Positions 32,586 to 40,818 of a stretch of 64,000 bases of DNA are shown piece after piece. Each line of letters opens with the position of its first letter. Within the stretch, counting starts at the first letter, position 1. The notes beneath the pieces are model-generated. The model saw nothing but the letters and a program-made list of their open reading frames with translations. It did not search any database and was not told the DNA's origin. A program made the translations under genes and the position numbers. The DNA lies in the NCBI GenBank assembly GCA_000806115.1, contig JWKQ01000001.1, positions 217,784-281,783 of the forward strand. Reading direction: 5' to 3'. The DNA comes from an archaeon GW2011_AR5 (GTDB lineage Archaea; Aenigmatarchaeota; Aenigmatarchaeia; GW2011-AR5).

Positions 32586-35528
32586 ATGCGTAAAGCGTTT
32601 CTGGCGCTTGTTGTGTTCATTGCATTTTCTGCCGTCGTTTATGCAGATTCTTCCACCCTGTCAGTGACGTCGACACCAAGCGGCGCGACCGTGAGCAATA
32701 TCAACACCGGGCAGGTTTACTGCCAGCAGACGCCGTGCAGCGTTCAGGTCACCGTCCCGCCCAATTCCGTCAACATAAAGATTTCACTGGCTGGATACTA
32801 TGACTGGACTTATCTTGTTTATCTCTATGCCAACCAGACGACGAACGTGAGCGCTTCGCTGTCCGCGGTTCCGGCAGATCCCTGCGCCAACGTGACTTGC
32901 AACGTGCAGCCTATTTCGTTGTGCGAGGACAGCTACCTGAGAACTTATAATTCCACAGGAACCTGCAATAACGGCGTATGTTCTTATTCCTCGTCCACGG
33001 CGCTGTGCCCATACGGCTGCTACAACAGCGCATGCGTTTCCCAGAATGCCTGCTCCAACGTGACGTGCAACAGCCCGTACCCTTCTTACTGCAGCGGCAC
33101 AAATCTCGTGACCTATACTCTTCCCGGGACTTGCAACCTTGGCGTGTGCTCCTACTCGTGGTCAATGGCTAACTGCACAGGCGGCTGCTCCAACGGCGCA
33201 TGCCTGAACAGCACAAACAGCACTGGTGGAGGTTCAGGAAGCGGCAACAGCACAAACAGCACTGGTGGAGGTTCAGGAAGCGGCAACACAACAGGAAACA
33301 GCACAGGAGCGCCGCGGGACAACCAGACTTGTACCGACACGGACAGCGGACTTAATTATTATGCACAGGGAACTATCACAGACGCCGCACACCTCACCCC
33401 TCCGACCCGCACCGACTACTGCCTGAAAGACAGTCCCAACGACAATGCCCTGAATTATATCAGCGGATCTCCATACACCTATCTAATAGAAATGTATTGC
33501 AACAGCACATACAATTCCGGCATGAGCTATATTTACAACTGCACATACGGCTGCACCAACGGCGCCTGCCTGAACCAGACTGCCGATCCGTGCGCGGGCG
33601 TCACTTGCAATAATCCGCCTGCGCCGCACTGCACCAACGGCACCATGATAACGCGATATTTTTCTCCCGGCATATGCTCCGGCGGCGTCTGCTCCTATGT
33701 GCCCTACACTAACTGGACATGCTCCGGCGGCTGCTCCAACGGAGTATGCATAAACCAGACAAACGCTTGCGGCAACGCAACATGCAACATTCCACCGTTG
33801 CCTTCATGCAACGGCAATATTCTCAATACTTATTATCCGGGCAGCTGCAATGCCACTACCGGCTCGTGTGATTATCCGCTCGTCACCACTGTGTGCATCT
33901 ACGGGTGTTCAAACGGTTACTGTAACGGAGCGCCTTCGAACGGCTCCGGCGGAGGCGGCGGTTCCAGTGGCGGCGGAGGAGGCGGACCTAGAAGCGCACC
34001 GGCGTGCCCGCAAGGCTGCGAGTGCAGGTACGATGTTTATGGAAACATTGCTTCTTCCTACTGCCAGACAGAACAGAGCTGCAACTACAACGGCGTATGC
34101 GACAAAGGCGAAGGGACAGACTGCCGCGATTGCATAGGAGCTGAATGCCCCGTAAGCAAGACATGCGGCGACGGCTCACTTGTAAACTGCTACCGGTCCG
34201 AATCCGGATGCTCATGCGGAACATGCCCAATACCCGTGCGAAACCTGCCGTTGGGATGCACCCAGGCAACTGAAAACGGCTTTGTGCGCATCATATGCGA
34301 GAACCGTGTAATATGTCCGCCCATTCAAAGCGGGGCAAAAGAGAAGTGCATAAACATCGGCGGCAAGCCGTCGGTTATCAGGGGCGCAAACAGCTGTGAT
34401 ATGTTCCAGTGCGACCTGGACGGGCAGGATACTGCATCCTCAATATTTGCCGCACCTGCAGGATGCCCCTCCCCGGATGACATTTCAATGGGGCTTGAAA
34501 AATGCAGGAGCCTCAACCTGACGGGCGTCATGGCGTTCGAGGGCGGCTGTAAGATCGGCAAGTGCATTGAAAGAAGCACCGGCTGCAAGCCTCTTGCAAG
34601 GGAGTCTGTGGAAGACTGCAGGAACAGGGGCGGCAACATAATAACGTCGGTAGGCGAGAACGGATGCCCGTCGTTCACATGCGCCCGGAAAGAAAGCGAA
34701 TGTGAAAAAGACCTGCCCAAGGACGCTTACCAGAAGTGCGGGGAAAACGGCGGGCAGCTTGTCGTGAGACATGACGACGACGGATGCGTGTCATTCGCCA
34801 GCTGCCTCACGCGCGGAGAGGTCTCGGATTCGTTTGTGGAAGACATAAAGGAAGTGCCAAGCCCGACGGAGATGCTTTCAATTGCATTAAAGCTGGAGAA
34901 CCTGAGGCTTGAATTTGACAAGCTGGCGAAGAAGACAAATGACATCGCGGACTATTACAAATCCGCCGGCTCCCCTGAGGAGAACCGGTTCAGGCGCGTG
35001 TCGGACATGTTCTCTTCGGCGAAAGACAAGGTGGACGAGATAAAGACTAAGATTCGCGACAACCTGGACAGCATTGACGCGGACAAGCTGCTGCAGATAA
35101 AGCAGGATGTCAGGTACCTGAAGGACGTTGTCATAAAGGACATATTGTACGTGATGCTGAGCAGCGGCGACGACATCGAACATATCAAGAGCGGGACAAC
35201 AAAGGACTGCGGAACCGACAACAGCTGCTTTGACCGGGCGATACGGGTATGCCAGCCCGTCACATTCATGCCGGACGGAACGCGCGGCATGCTTGTCGAA
35301 CTGGACGGACTTGAGGGCGACTCGTGCGTCATGCGCGCCAGCATCCCCGAAAGCAGCCTGAGCGCAAGCGGTATAAACCCGCCGTATGAAATGACGTGCA
35401 AGATTCAGAAGTACACCCTTGGCGTGAGCAACCCCGAGAGGGACATATTCCCCTACTGCACCGGCAATTTGCTGCAGGTAATAAAAACAGGCGGAGCAGG
35501 CTCGGCTGTGAAACAAACAGCCGGATGA
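32586..35528 (+). CDS. secreted giant Cys-module protein, paralog 1 (980 aa) with an N-terminal PEGA domain
   Basis: Features: signal peptide MRKAFLALVVFIAFSAVVYA; a PEGA-like segment LSVTSTPSGATVSNINTG...ISLAGYYDW; four modules of about 50 aa with the pattern C.NVTCN.P....C......Y...G.C..G.CSY....C..GC.NG.C; and a conserved C-terminal half with a coiled-coil segment. Confidence 0.9.
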   Translation: MRKAFLALVVFIAFSAVVYADSSTLSVTSTPSGATVSNINTGQVYCQQTPCSVQVTVPPNSVNIKISLAGYYDWTYLVYLYANQTTNVSASLSAVPADPCANVTCNVQPISLCEDSYLRTYNSTGTCNNGVCSYSSSTALCPYGCYNSACVSQNACSNVTCNSPYPSYCSGTNLVTYTLPGTCNLGVCSYSWSMANCTGGCSNGACLNSTNSTGGGSGSGNSTNSTGGGSGSGNTTGNSTGAPRDNQTCTDTDSGLNYYAQGTITDAAHLTPPTRTDYCLKDSPNDNALNYISGSPYTYLIEMYCNSTYNSGMSYIYNCTYGCTNGACLNQTADPCAGVTCNNPPAPHCTNGTMITRYFSPGICSGGVCSYVPYTNWTCSGGCSNGVCINQTNACGNATCNIPPLPSCNGNILNTYYPGSCNATTGSCDYPLVTTVCIYGCSNGYCNGAPSNGSGGGGGSSGGGGGGPRSAPACPQGCECRYDVYGNIASSYCQTEQSCNYNGVCDKGEGTDCRDCIGAECPVSKTCGDGSLVNCYRSESGCSCGTCPIPVRNLPLGCTQATENGFVRIICENRVICPPIQSGAKEKCINIGGKPSVIRGANSCDMFQCDLDGQDTASSIFAAPAGCPSPDDISMGLEKCRSLNLTGVMAFEGGCKIGKCIERSTGCKPLARESVEDCRNRGGNIITSVGENGCPSFTCARKESECEKDLPKDAYQKCGENGGQLVVRHDDDGCVSFASCLTRGEVSDSFVEDIKEVPSPTEMLSIALKLENLRLEFDKLAKKTNDIADYYKSAGSPEENRFRRVSDMFSSAKDKVDEIKTKIRDNLDSIDADKLLQIKQDVRYLKDVVIKDILYVMLSSGDDIEHIKSGTTKDCGTDNSCFDRAIRVCQPVTFMPDGTRGMLVELDGLEGDSCVMRASIPESSLSASGINPPYEMTCKIQKYTLGVSNPERDIFPYCTGNLLQVIKTGGAGSAVKQTAG
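33207..33284 (+). repeat. perfect 39-bp tandem duplication inside the CDS
   Basis: AACAGCACAAACAGCACTGGTGGAGGTTCAGGAAGCGGC occurs at 33207-33245 and again at 33246-33284. It encodes NSTNSTGGGSGSG twice. Confidence 0.9.
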
Positions 35529-35537
35529 GGCGACTAC

Positions 35538-35723
35538 ATGAACAAGAAAACTTTGATACTGATTGCGATCGTACTGGCATCAACGATATTCATAAGCGGA
35601 TGCGCGCAGAGCTCGATAAAGAACGTGGAAGAAGCGAGCGAGGCTGTGACAAATGTCAGCACTGATATCGACGACGTTGCGGGCACGCTCCAGGACATCG
35701 ACTCGCAGCTTGGCGGCGGGTAG
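35538..35723 (+). CDS. 61 aa lipobox microprotein ending in GGG, cassette copy 1
   Basis: MNKKTLILIAIVLASTIFISGCAQSSIKNVEEASEAVTNVSTDIDDVAGTLQDIDSQLGGG. The lipobox-like sequence is ISGC. It starts 9 nt after the giant gene. Confidence 0.75.
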   Translation: MNKKTLILIAIVLASTIFISGCAQSSIKNVEEASEAVTNVSTDIDDVAGTLQDIDSQLGGG

Positions 35724-35829
35724 CTTTTCCTTGCATTATGACAACAGAAAGGCGCCGCGCAGGAAACGTAATTAGAGCCAATCACGGCGCAGGAAAACTT
35801 AATATACAGCCCGGAACGATGTTATTAAA

Positions 35830-38800
35830 ATGCGTAAAGCGTTTCTGGCGCTTGTTGTGTTAATCGCAATTTCTACTGTTGTTTATGCAGAAAATGAAAC
35901 CGCTCCTGTTGACCCGTGCGCTAATGTGCAATGCAACAGCCCGCCGGCAACCGCATGCGAAGGCGGCAGCGTCAAGACATATTCTTCCGCAGGCACATGT
36001 TCCGGCGGCACATGTTCATATTCTTCTTCGCTGACAAGCTGCCCGAACGGGTGCGAGAACGGGCAATGCAAGGCGAACTTCTGTGACACAGCTTCGTGCG
36101 CTCCCGCCAGCAGAACATGCCCCGACGGGTTCACGGCAAGCTGCACAAACACCTGCGACAGGACAACACAGGCGTGCAGCACGTGTGAACCGAGCTGCGC
36201 CGGACATGAGACAGCCCCGACGTCAAACGGAACCTCGGGCGGTTCCGGCGGCGGTGGAGGCGAAGGTTCATCGAACACAAGCGGTTCCGGCGGCACTTCT
36301 TCGGACGCTTGCGCCACAATGACGTGCAACACGCCGCCTGCGAATACGTGCAACGATAATTTTGTGAGGATATTCTCGTCGCCAGGCGCATGCAGTAACG
36401 GACAATGCAGCTACCCTGAAACGGGATATGCGTGCCAGAACGGATGCTCGAACGGCGCGTGCGTCAGCGGGACGGGCGGAAGCGGAGGCACCACGGATGT
36501 TTCTTGCACAGACTCTGATGGCGGAAAAAATTATTTTTCCAGGGGGACCGCCGAATCCAGAAGATCTTCCCAAGACGTTCAGGTGCTCACTGACGGCTGC
36601 ACCTCATCCAGTACGCTGGCTGAGCAATACTGCGCTTCAGATGGTTTGCGAACGGATTATTATACCTGCCCCGGCGCCTGCAGTGACGGCGCGTGCGTTG
36701 AGGGCGGCACGGCCACTAATGGAACAGGTTCGGGAGGCGGCGGGACGACAGGTCAGCATTGCGAGTCAAGACAAACGCTTGGTGTGGACGGCTCAGGCAG
36801 GTGTTCATCATTCCCAAGCACGTGCCTACCACCCGGCTGGAGAGTAGTGGAATCCTGCCCGACTGAAGTACAGTGCGATAATGATAATGTTTGTGACAAA
36901 GGCGAGGAGTATGGCTGCAATGACTGCATTGGCGCAGATTGTCCCATCAAAAAGCAATGCCCTGACGGAAGCAGCGTCAGGTGCGAAAGGACTGAAAGGG
37001 GATGCAACTGCGAGCCCTGCCGGCTGGAAGAAATCCCAGATGACTGCAGGCAGGAAACCGACCAAAGCGGACTAATACGCGTGGTGTGCGACAGGCAGCA
37101 GGAATGTCCGCCTGTGCCGCAGGAAGTGCGGCTGAAGTGTGCGGACGAGGGCGGCACGCCGAGATTCAACAAGGACCACCGCGGCTGCAACGTTTTCCAG
37201 TGCGACTTCGGCGGAGAGAAAGGCAGCTCACCGGTATTCGCGAGCCGCGCGAACTGTCCGTCGCCTGATGCCGTCATAGCTTCGCTCGAGAAATGCAGGG
37301 ACTTGGGGCTGCCCGGCGTTATAGGCTTCGAGGGCGGCTGCAAGATAGGCAAGTGCCAGCAGCGCGAGGAGCGGCACGAGTGCCCGAATCCCACCGAGCC
37401 CGAGAAAATGGAGATGGAAAAGAAATGCAGAGAGGAGGGACAACAGCTTGTCTTCCAGTTTGACGGACAATGCAACCAGCCGAAGTGCGGACAGCGGAGA
37501 GGTAGCCAGTGCGAACGCGACCTGCCGAAGGAGGCTTATGACAGATGCGCCGACGGGGGCGGACAGCTCGTTGTGAGACGAAGCCAGGACGGATGCGTGT
37601 CATACTCGAACTGCATCAGAAGAGGAAACGCCGAGGAATCACTTGTCGACGACATTGACGAGATTCCGGACACGACCGAGTTGCTTTCCATAGCATTCAA
37701 GCTTGAGGAGCTGAAGCTTGAGTTTGACAAATTGTCCGCAAAAACGAATGACATAGCCGAATATTACAAGTCTACAGGCTCATCTGAAGAGAAGAGGTTC
37801 CGCCGGGTGTCGGACATGTTCTCGTCGGCGAAGGACAAGGTCGACGAGGTAAAGACAAAGCTGAAGGACAGGGCGAGGGATATCGACAAGGACGACGTGC
37901 TTGAGATAAAGCAGGATCTCAGGTATCTAAAGGACGTCGTGCTCAAGGACATACTGTTTATGATGCTCGGCAGCGGAGAAGAAATCGAAGAGATAAAGAG
38001 CGGTTCTGTAAAGAGCTGCGGCACTGACGAGAGCTGCTTCGACAGGGGATTCCGCGTCTGCCAGCCGCTCACGTTCAGGCCTGACGGAAGGGAAGGGCCT
38101 GTTGTTGAAGTGACGGGGCTTGACGGCGACGCGTGCGTGATGGAGGTCAAAATGGAAGCGGGACAGGGGCCTCCGGGAGGACCTTACTCAATGACGTGCA
38201 AGATTCAGAAGTACACATTGGGCGTGAGCAACCCGGAGACGGATATATTCCCGTACTGCTCCGGCAACCTTCTTGACATGATAAAGAAGTATGGAAACGG
38301 GCCTCCGGGCGTTCCGGGAAAGTGCAGCGGCGACGAATGCAAGGACTACTGCGGACGGGGGCCGACAGAGGCAAAGGAATGCCTGCAATACATGAGCGAT
38401 GTCCTGCCGCCTGAGGCGAAGCAGCACCTGACGGCGCTTGCTGAAGGCAAAAGTCCCGGCGGCTTTGGATTCGGAGGAAGAGATGAATCCGGGGACGACT
38501 TCGGCGAGGGCGAGTTCCGCGATGACTTCGGAGGCGATGATTTCAATCAGGGAGAGTTTCAGGACGATTTCAGCGGAGGCGGCGAATTTGAAGGGGAGTT
38601 CAACGAAGAATTCGGCGGGCAGCAGCTCTGCCCAGATGGCGACTGCGACGACTTCGAGCAGCGCACGGGCGCGTGTCCGCAGGATTGCGGCGGCTCTTCA
38701 GCTTCAGGCGGAGGCGGGGGCGAGTTTGAAAACGAGTTTGAAGGCGGCTTTGAATCAGGAAGTTCAAGCGGCGGAGGCGGCGGCTCCGGCGAATGCAGCG

Positions 38801-38868
38801 GCTGCCTGAACAATGGAATATGTGATCAGGGCGAATGCAGCGACTGCGGAGACTGCCGAAGAAGATAG
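35830..38868 (+). CDS. secreted giant Cys-module protein, paralog 2 (1012 aa) with an acidic D/E/F/G-rich C-terminal extension
   Basis: The first 13 residues (MRKAFLALVVLIA) match paralog 1 at all but one position. It carries the same Cys modules and a conserved C-terminal half (DLPKEAYDRCADGGGQLVVRR...). The tail contains GDDFGEGEFRDDFGGDDFNQGEFQDDF. Confidence 0.9.
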   Translation: MRKAFLALVVLIAISTVVYAENETAPVDPCANVQCNSPPATACEGGSVKTYSSAGTCSGGTCSYSSSLTSCPNGCENGQCKANFCDTASCAPASRTCPDGFTASCTNTCDRTTQACSTCEPSCAGHETAPTSNGTSGGSGGGGGEGSSNTSGSGGTSSDACATMTCNTPPANTCNDNFVRIFSSPGACSNGQCSYPETGYACQNGCSNGACVSGTGGSGGTTDVSCTDSDGGKNYFSRGTAESRRSSQDVQVLTDGCTSSSTLAEQYCASDGLRTDYYTCPGACSDGACVEGGTATNGTGSGGGGTTGQHCESRQTLGVDGSGRCSSFPSTCLPPGWRVVESCPTEVQCDNDNVCDKGEEYGCNDCIGADCPIKKQCPDGSSVRCERTERGCNCEPCRLEEIPDDCRQETDQSGLIRVVCDRQQECPPVPQEVRLKCADEGGTPRFNKDHRGCNVFQCDFGGEKGSSPVFASRANCPSPDAVIASLEKCRDLGLPGVIGFEGGCKIGKCQQREERHECPNPTEPEKMEMEKKCREEGQQLVFQFDGQCNQPKCGQRRGSQCERDLPKEAYDRCADGGGQLVVRRSQDGCVSYSNCIRRGNAEESLVDDIDEIPDTTELLSIAFKLEELKLEFDKLSAKTNDIAEYYKSTGSSEEKRFRRVSDMFSSAKDKVDEVKTKLKDRARDIDKDDVLEIKQDLRYLKDVVLKDILFMMLGSGEEIEEIKSGSVKSCGTDESCFDRGFRVCQPLTFRPDGREGPVVEVTGLDGDACVMEVKMEAGQGPPGGPYSMTCKIQKYTLGVSNPETDIFPYCSGNLLDMIKKYGNGPPGVPGKCSGDECKDYCGRGPTEAKECLQYMSDVLPPEAKQHLTALAEGKSPGGFGFGGRDESGDDFGEGEFRDDFGGDDFNQGEFQDDFSGGGEFEGEFNEEFGGQQLCPDGDCDDFEQRTGACPQDCGGSSASGGGGGEFENEFEGGFESGSSSGGGGGSGECSGCLNNGICDQGECSDCGDCRRR

Positions 38869-38880
38869 GAGGTTATGCAA

Positions 38881-39066
38881 ATGAACAAGAAGGCAATGGT
38901 GTTGATAATCCTTGTGCTGACATCCATGGTTTTCATAAGCGGATGCGCGCAGAGCTCGATAAAGAACGTTGAAGAAGCGAGCGAGGCTGTGACGAACGTG
39001 TCGACAGACATCGACGACGTTGCGGGCACGCTCCAGGACATCGACTCGCAGCTTGGCGGCGGGTAA
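38881..39066 (+). CDS. 61 aa lipobox microprotein ending in GGG, cassette copy 2
   Basis: ORF 38875..39066. The ATG at 38881 (MNKKAMVLIILVLTSMVFISGC...) is preferred by analogy with copy 1 and by its spacing from GGAGGT. The last 45 residues are identical to copy 1. Confidence 0.75.
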   Translation: MNKKAMVLIILVLTSMVFISGCAQSSIKNVEEASEAVTNVSTDIDDVAGTLQDIDSQLGGG

Positions 39067-39127
39067 ATATAAATTGACCGTGCTACTTTCATGCGGAAAT
39101 ATTTCGGGCTAAAGTCTGAAGATATTT

Positions 39128-39553
39128 ATGAAGATATTCGGAAAGACCATGAAGGAATACCTGTGGCCAGTAAAATATCATGTTCTGGTTTCTGTACTGG
39201 TTGTTATTTTCCAGTATTATGTTGCAGCTCCACTGTCGGATAGGTATCCTTTTCTCCTGAACCTCACGCAGGCGCTTTGGGCCTTGATTGTCGCGCTTGC
39301 GGTGATGAAGCTTGTCAAGGAGCACAATTTTAACATGAAAAACGTGATAGTAGCAGGCATCATTTTCTCGATCATAATTCACGGGCTGAAGGCATTCTTT
39401 TTTCGCGCATTCCTGTTTCCATACAGCATCCCCACCGAGCAGGTCCCGGCACAGCTCATGGGGAAATTCCTTTACGGAAGCTCTCTTGTAATGGCCACTG
39501 CAATCATCATCGGCGCCGTATTCATCTATGCAAAAAAGAAAAAGCTTCTGTAG
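39128..39553 (+). CDS. integral membrane protein (141 aa)
   Basis: Four hydrophobic segments. No family recognised. Confidence 0.65.
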   Translation: MKIFGKTMKEYLWPVKYHVLVSVLVVIFQYYVAAPLSDRYPFLLNLTQALWALIVALAVMKLVKEHNFNMKNVIVAGIIFSIIIHGLKAFFFRAFLFPYSIPTEQVPAQLMGKFLYGSSLVMATAIIIGAVFIYAKKKKLL

Positions 39554-39673
39554 AAAAATAAAAGTCAAGTAGTTTTCCGGCTAATTCTATTCATGGACAA
39601 GTAACAGCTGCTGCGCGAGCTCATAGAAGGGAAATATCTCAGGACAAGAGTTGTTATAGACGCGTTCAGGAAA

Positions 39674-40204
39674 GTGCCGCGCGAGAATTTTGTTCTTCCG
39701 GAGCAGGGACGCTACGCCTACGCAAACTATCCGCTGCCGATACCCGGGCAGCAGACTATCTCGCAGCCGCTAACAGTGGCGGTCATGACAGAAGCGCTTG
39801 AGGCGCGACGCGGCGACAAGATTCTTGAGGTCGGGACAGGCTCAGGATACCAGGCTGCTATATTGTCGGAAATCGTCGGGACGACCGGAAAAATAATCAC
39901 CACTGAAATAATTCCCGAGCTGTTTGAGTTCGCCAAGAAGAATCTTGCAGGATATGAAAACACGAAAGTGATATGCGCCGACGGCTCAAAAGGCTATCCT
40001 CCGGAAAAACCTTACGACGGGATAATCGTAACGGCAAGCGCGCCGAGCGTGCCCGAGCCGCTCACGGAGCAGCTGAAGGAAGGCGGACGGCTGGTCATAC
40101 CTGTAGGCGACCAGATGATAATTGTGGAAAAGAAAGACGGACTGCAGCAGAAATTCCTCGGCTATTACGCATTCGTGCCGCTCACCGGGAAACACGGACA
40201 CTAG
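39674..40204 (+). CDS. pcm: protein-L-isoaspartate O-methyltransferase; conserved N-terminal coding sequence continues upstream to 39605 but is cut off from ATG 39593 by an in-frame TAA
   Basis: Features: TISQPLTVAVMTEAL, ILEVGTGSGYQAAILSEIVG and GGRLVIPVG. The ORF track starts at GTG 39674. Upstream, in the same frame, the reading is MDK*QLLRELIEGKYLRTRVVIDAFRK. Confidence 0.85.
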   Translation: MPRENFVLPEQGRYAYANYPLPIPGQQTISQPLTVAVMTEALEARRGDKILEVGTGSGYQAAILSEIVGTTGKIITTEIIPELFEFAKKNLAGYENTKVICADGSKGYPPEKPYDGIIVTASAPSVPEPLTEQLKEGGRLVIPVGDQMIIVEKKDGLQQKFLGYYAFVPLTGKHGH

Positions 40205-40778
40205 CGTTCCCATTCATGGCGTCAAACTTGAAGAAGTAAGCGTGTACATCAGGAAATTCTTCTTTCAGTTCCATGTTTGAGTTGTCATCGCAGTAAAATC
40301 TTCCATAGCTCTCCGCCCAATGATCGTATGAACCCATCAGGGCTGCAGGCGTGAGGTTTCTAAAACGCGAATTCTGTGACGGGAAACCGTAAGCTTCATC
40401 AACCATATGACCTGCTTCGTGCAGTTCCGGAACGGTCATTCCATTTGAGGAGCCGCAGGTTTCGGAGTTCTCGGCGACATAGGCTTTTTTGTTGGCGTAA
40501 CCTGCGCCTGCAATGCTCAATAGGATAAGCTCCGACCTTCCAAGACCTTCGAGACTTGACACGCGGTCAAATATCACGAACTCCCCTCCGAATCCGTTCA
40601 GCTTCGCCCTCATGGGCTCAGGAACCCTTTGTAGATAACGGAGGATTTTCCCAACTTTTCTGCCGTCAGGGTTTTTTGAGACAACTGAATACCTTATTTC
40701 TTCAGACATGCGTTCAACAGGGCTGTAAATTGGCGACAGAAGTACAGCTGCAATGCCCAGTGCAGGCAAAAAACGCAT
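40182..40778 (-). CDS. secreted zinc metallopeptidase-like protein (HExxH)
   Basis: The internal start at 40778 gives MRFLPALGIAAVLLSPIYSP, which looks like a signal peptide. VPELHEAGHMVDEAYG has the form HExGHxxD, as in M34/ATLF-like peptidases. The 3' end overlaps pcm by 23 nt in convergent orientation. Confidence 0.6.
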   Translation of the reverse strand: MRFLPALGIAAVLLSPIYSPVERMSEEIRYSVVSKNPDGRKVGKILRYLQRVPEPMRAKLNGFGGEFVIFDRVSSLEGLGRSELILLSIAGAGYANKKAYVAENSETCGSSNGMTVPELHEAGHMVDEAYGFPSQNSRFRNLTPAALMGSYDHWAESYGRFYCDDNSNMELKEEFPDVHAYFFKFDAMNGNASVRVSR

Positions 40779-40818
40779 GTGAAAACTATAATAAAAGTCT
40801 TTATAACATAAATTTCTC

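Noticed and set aside
36753-37475. A 240 aa minus-strand ORF, together with many other long antisense or alternate-frame ORFs inside the GC-rich giant genes (for example 10494..10946, 16840..17397, 34887..35516 and 35883..36353).
   Set aside because: They lie entirely inside, and antisense to or out of frame with, much longer ORFs that have signal peptides and repeated domain structure. Their translations are Arg/Ser/Pro/Cys-rich low-complexity sequence, typical of shadow ORFs in GC-rich coding DNA.
32586-39066. A diversity-generating retroelement (template and variable repeat pair) acting on the paralogous giant proteins.
   Set aside because: The window has no reverse transcriptase gene. 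I found no short repeat pair with adenine-specific mismatches. Similarity is explained by a whole-cassette duplication.
39602-39604. Genome-wide TAA reassignment as the explanation for the in-frame stop in pcm.
   Set aside because: Many well-supported genes in this window end at TAA exactly where homologs end (for example rpl3, rpl23, rps19 and the YkuD-like gene). A local mutation, a sequencing error or an alternative start is more likely.
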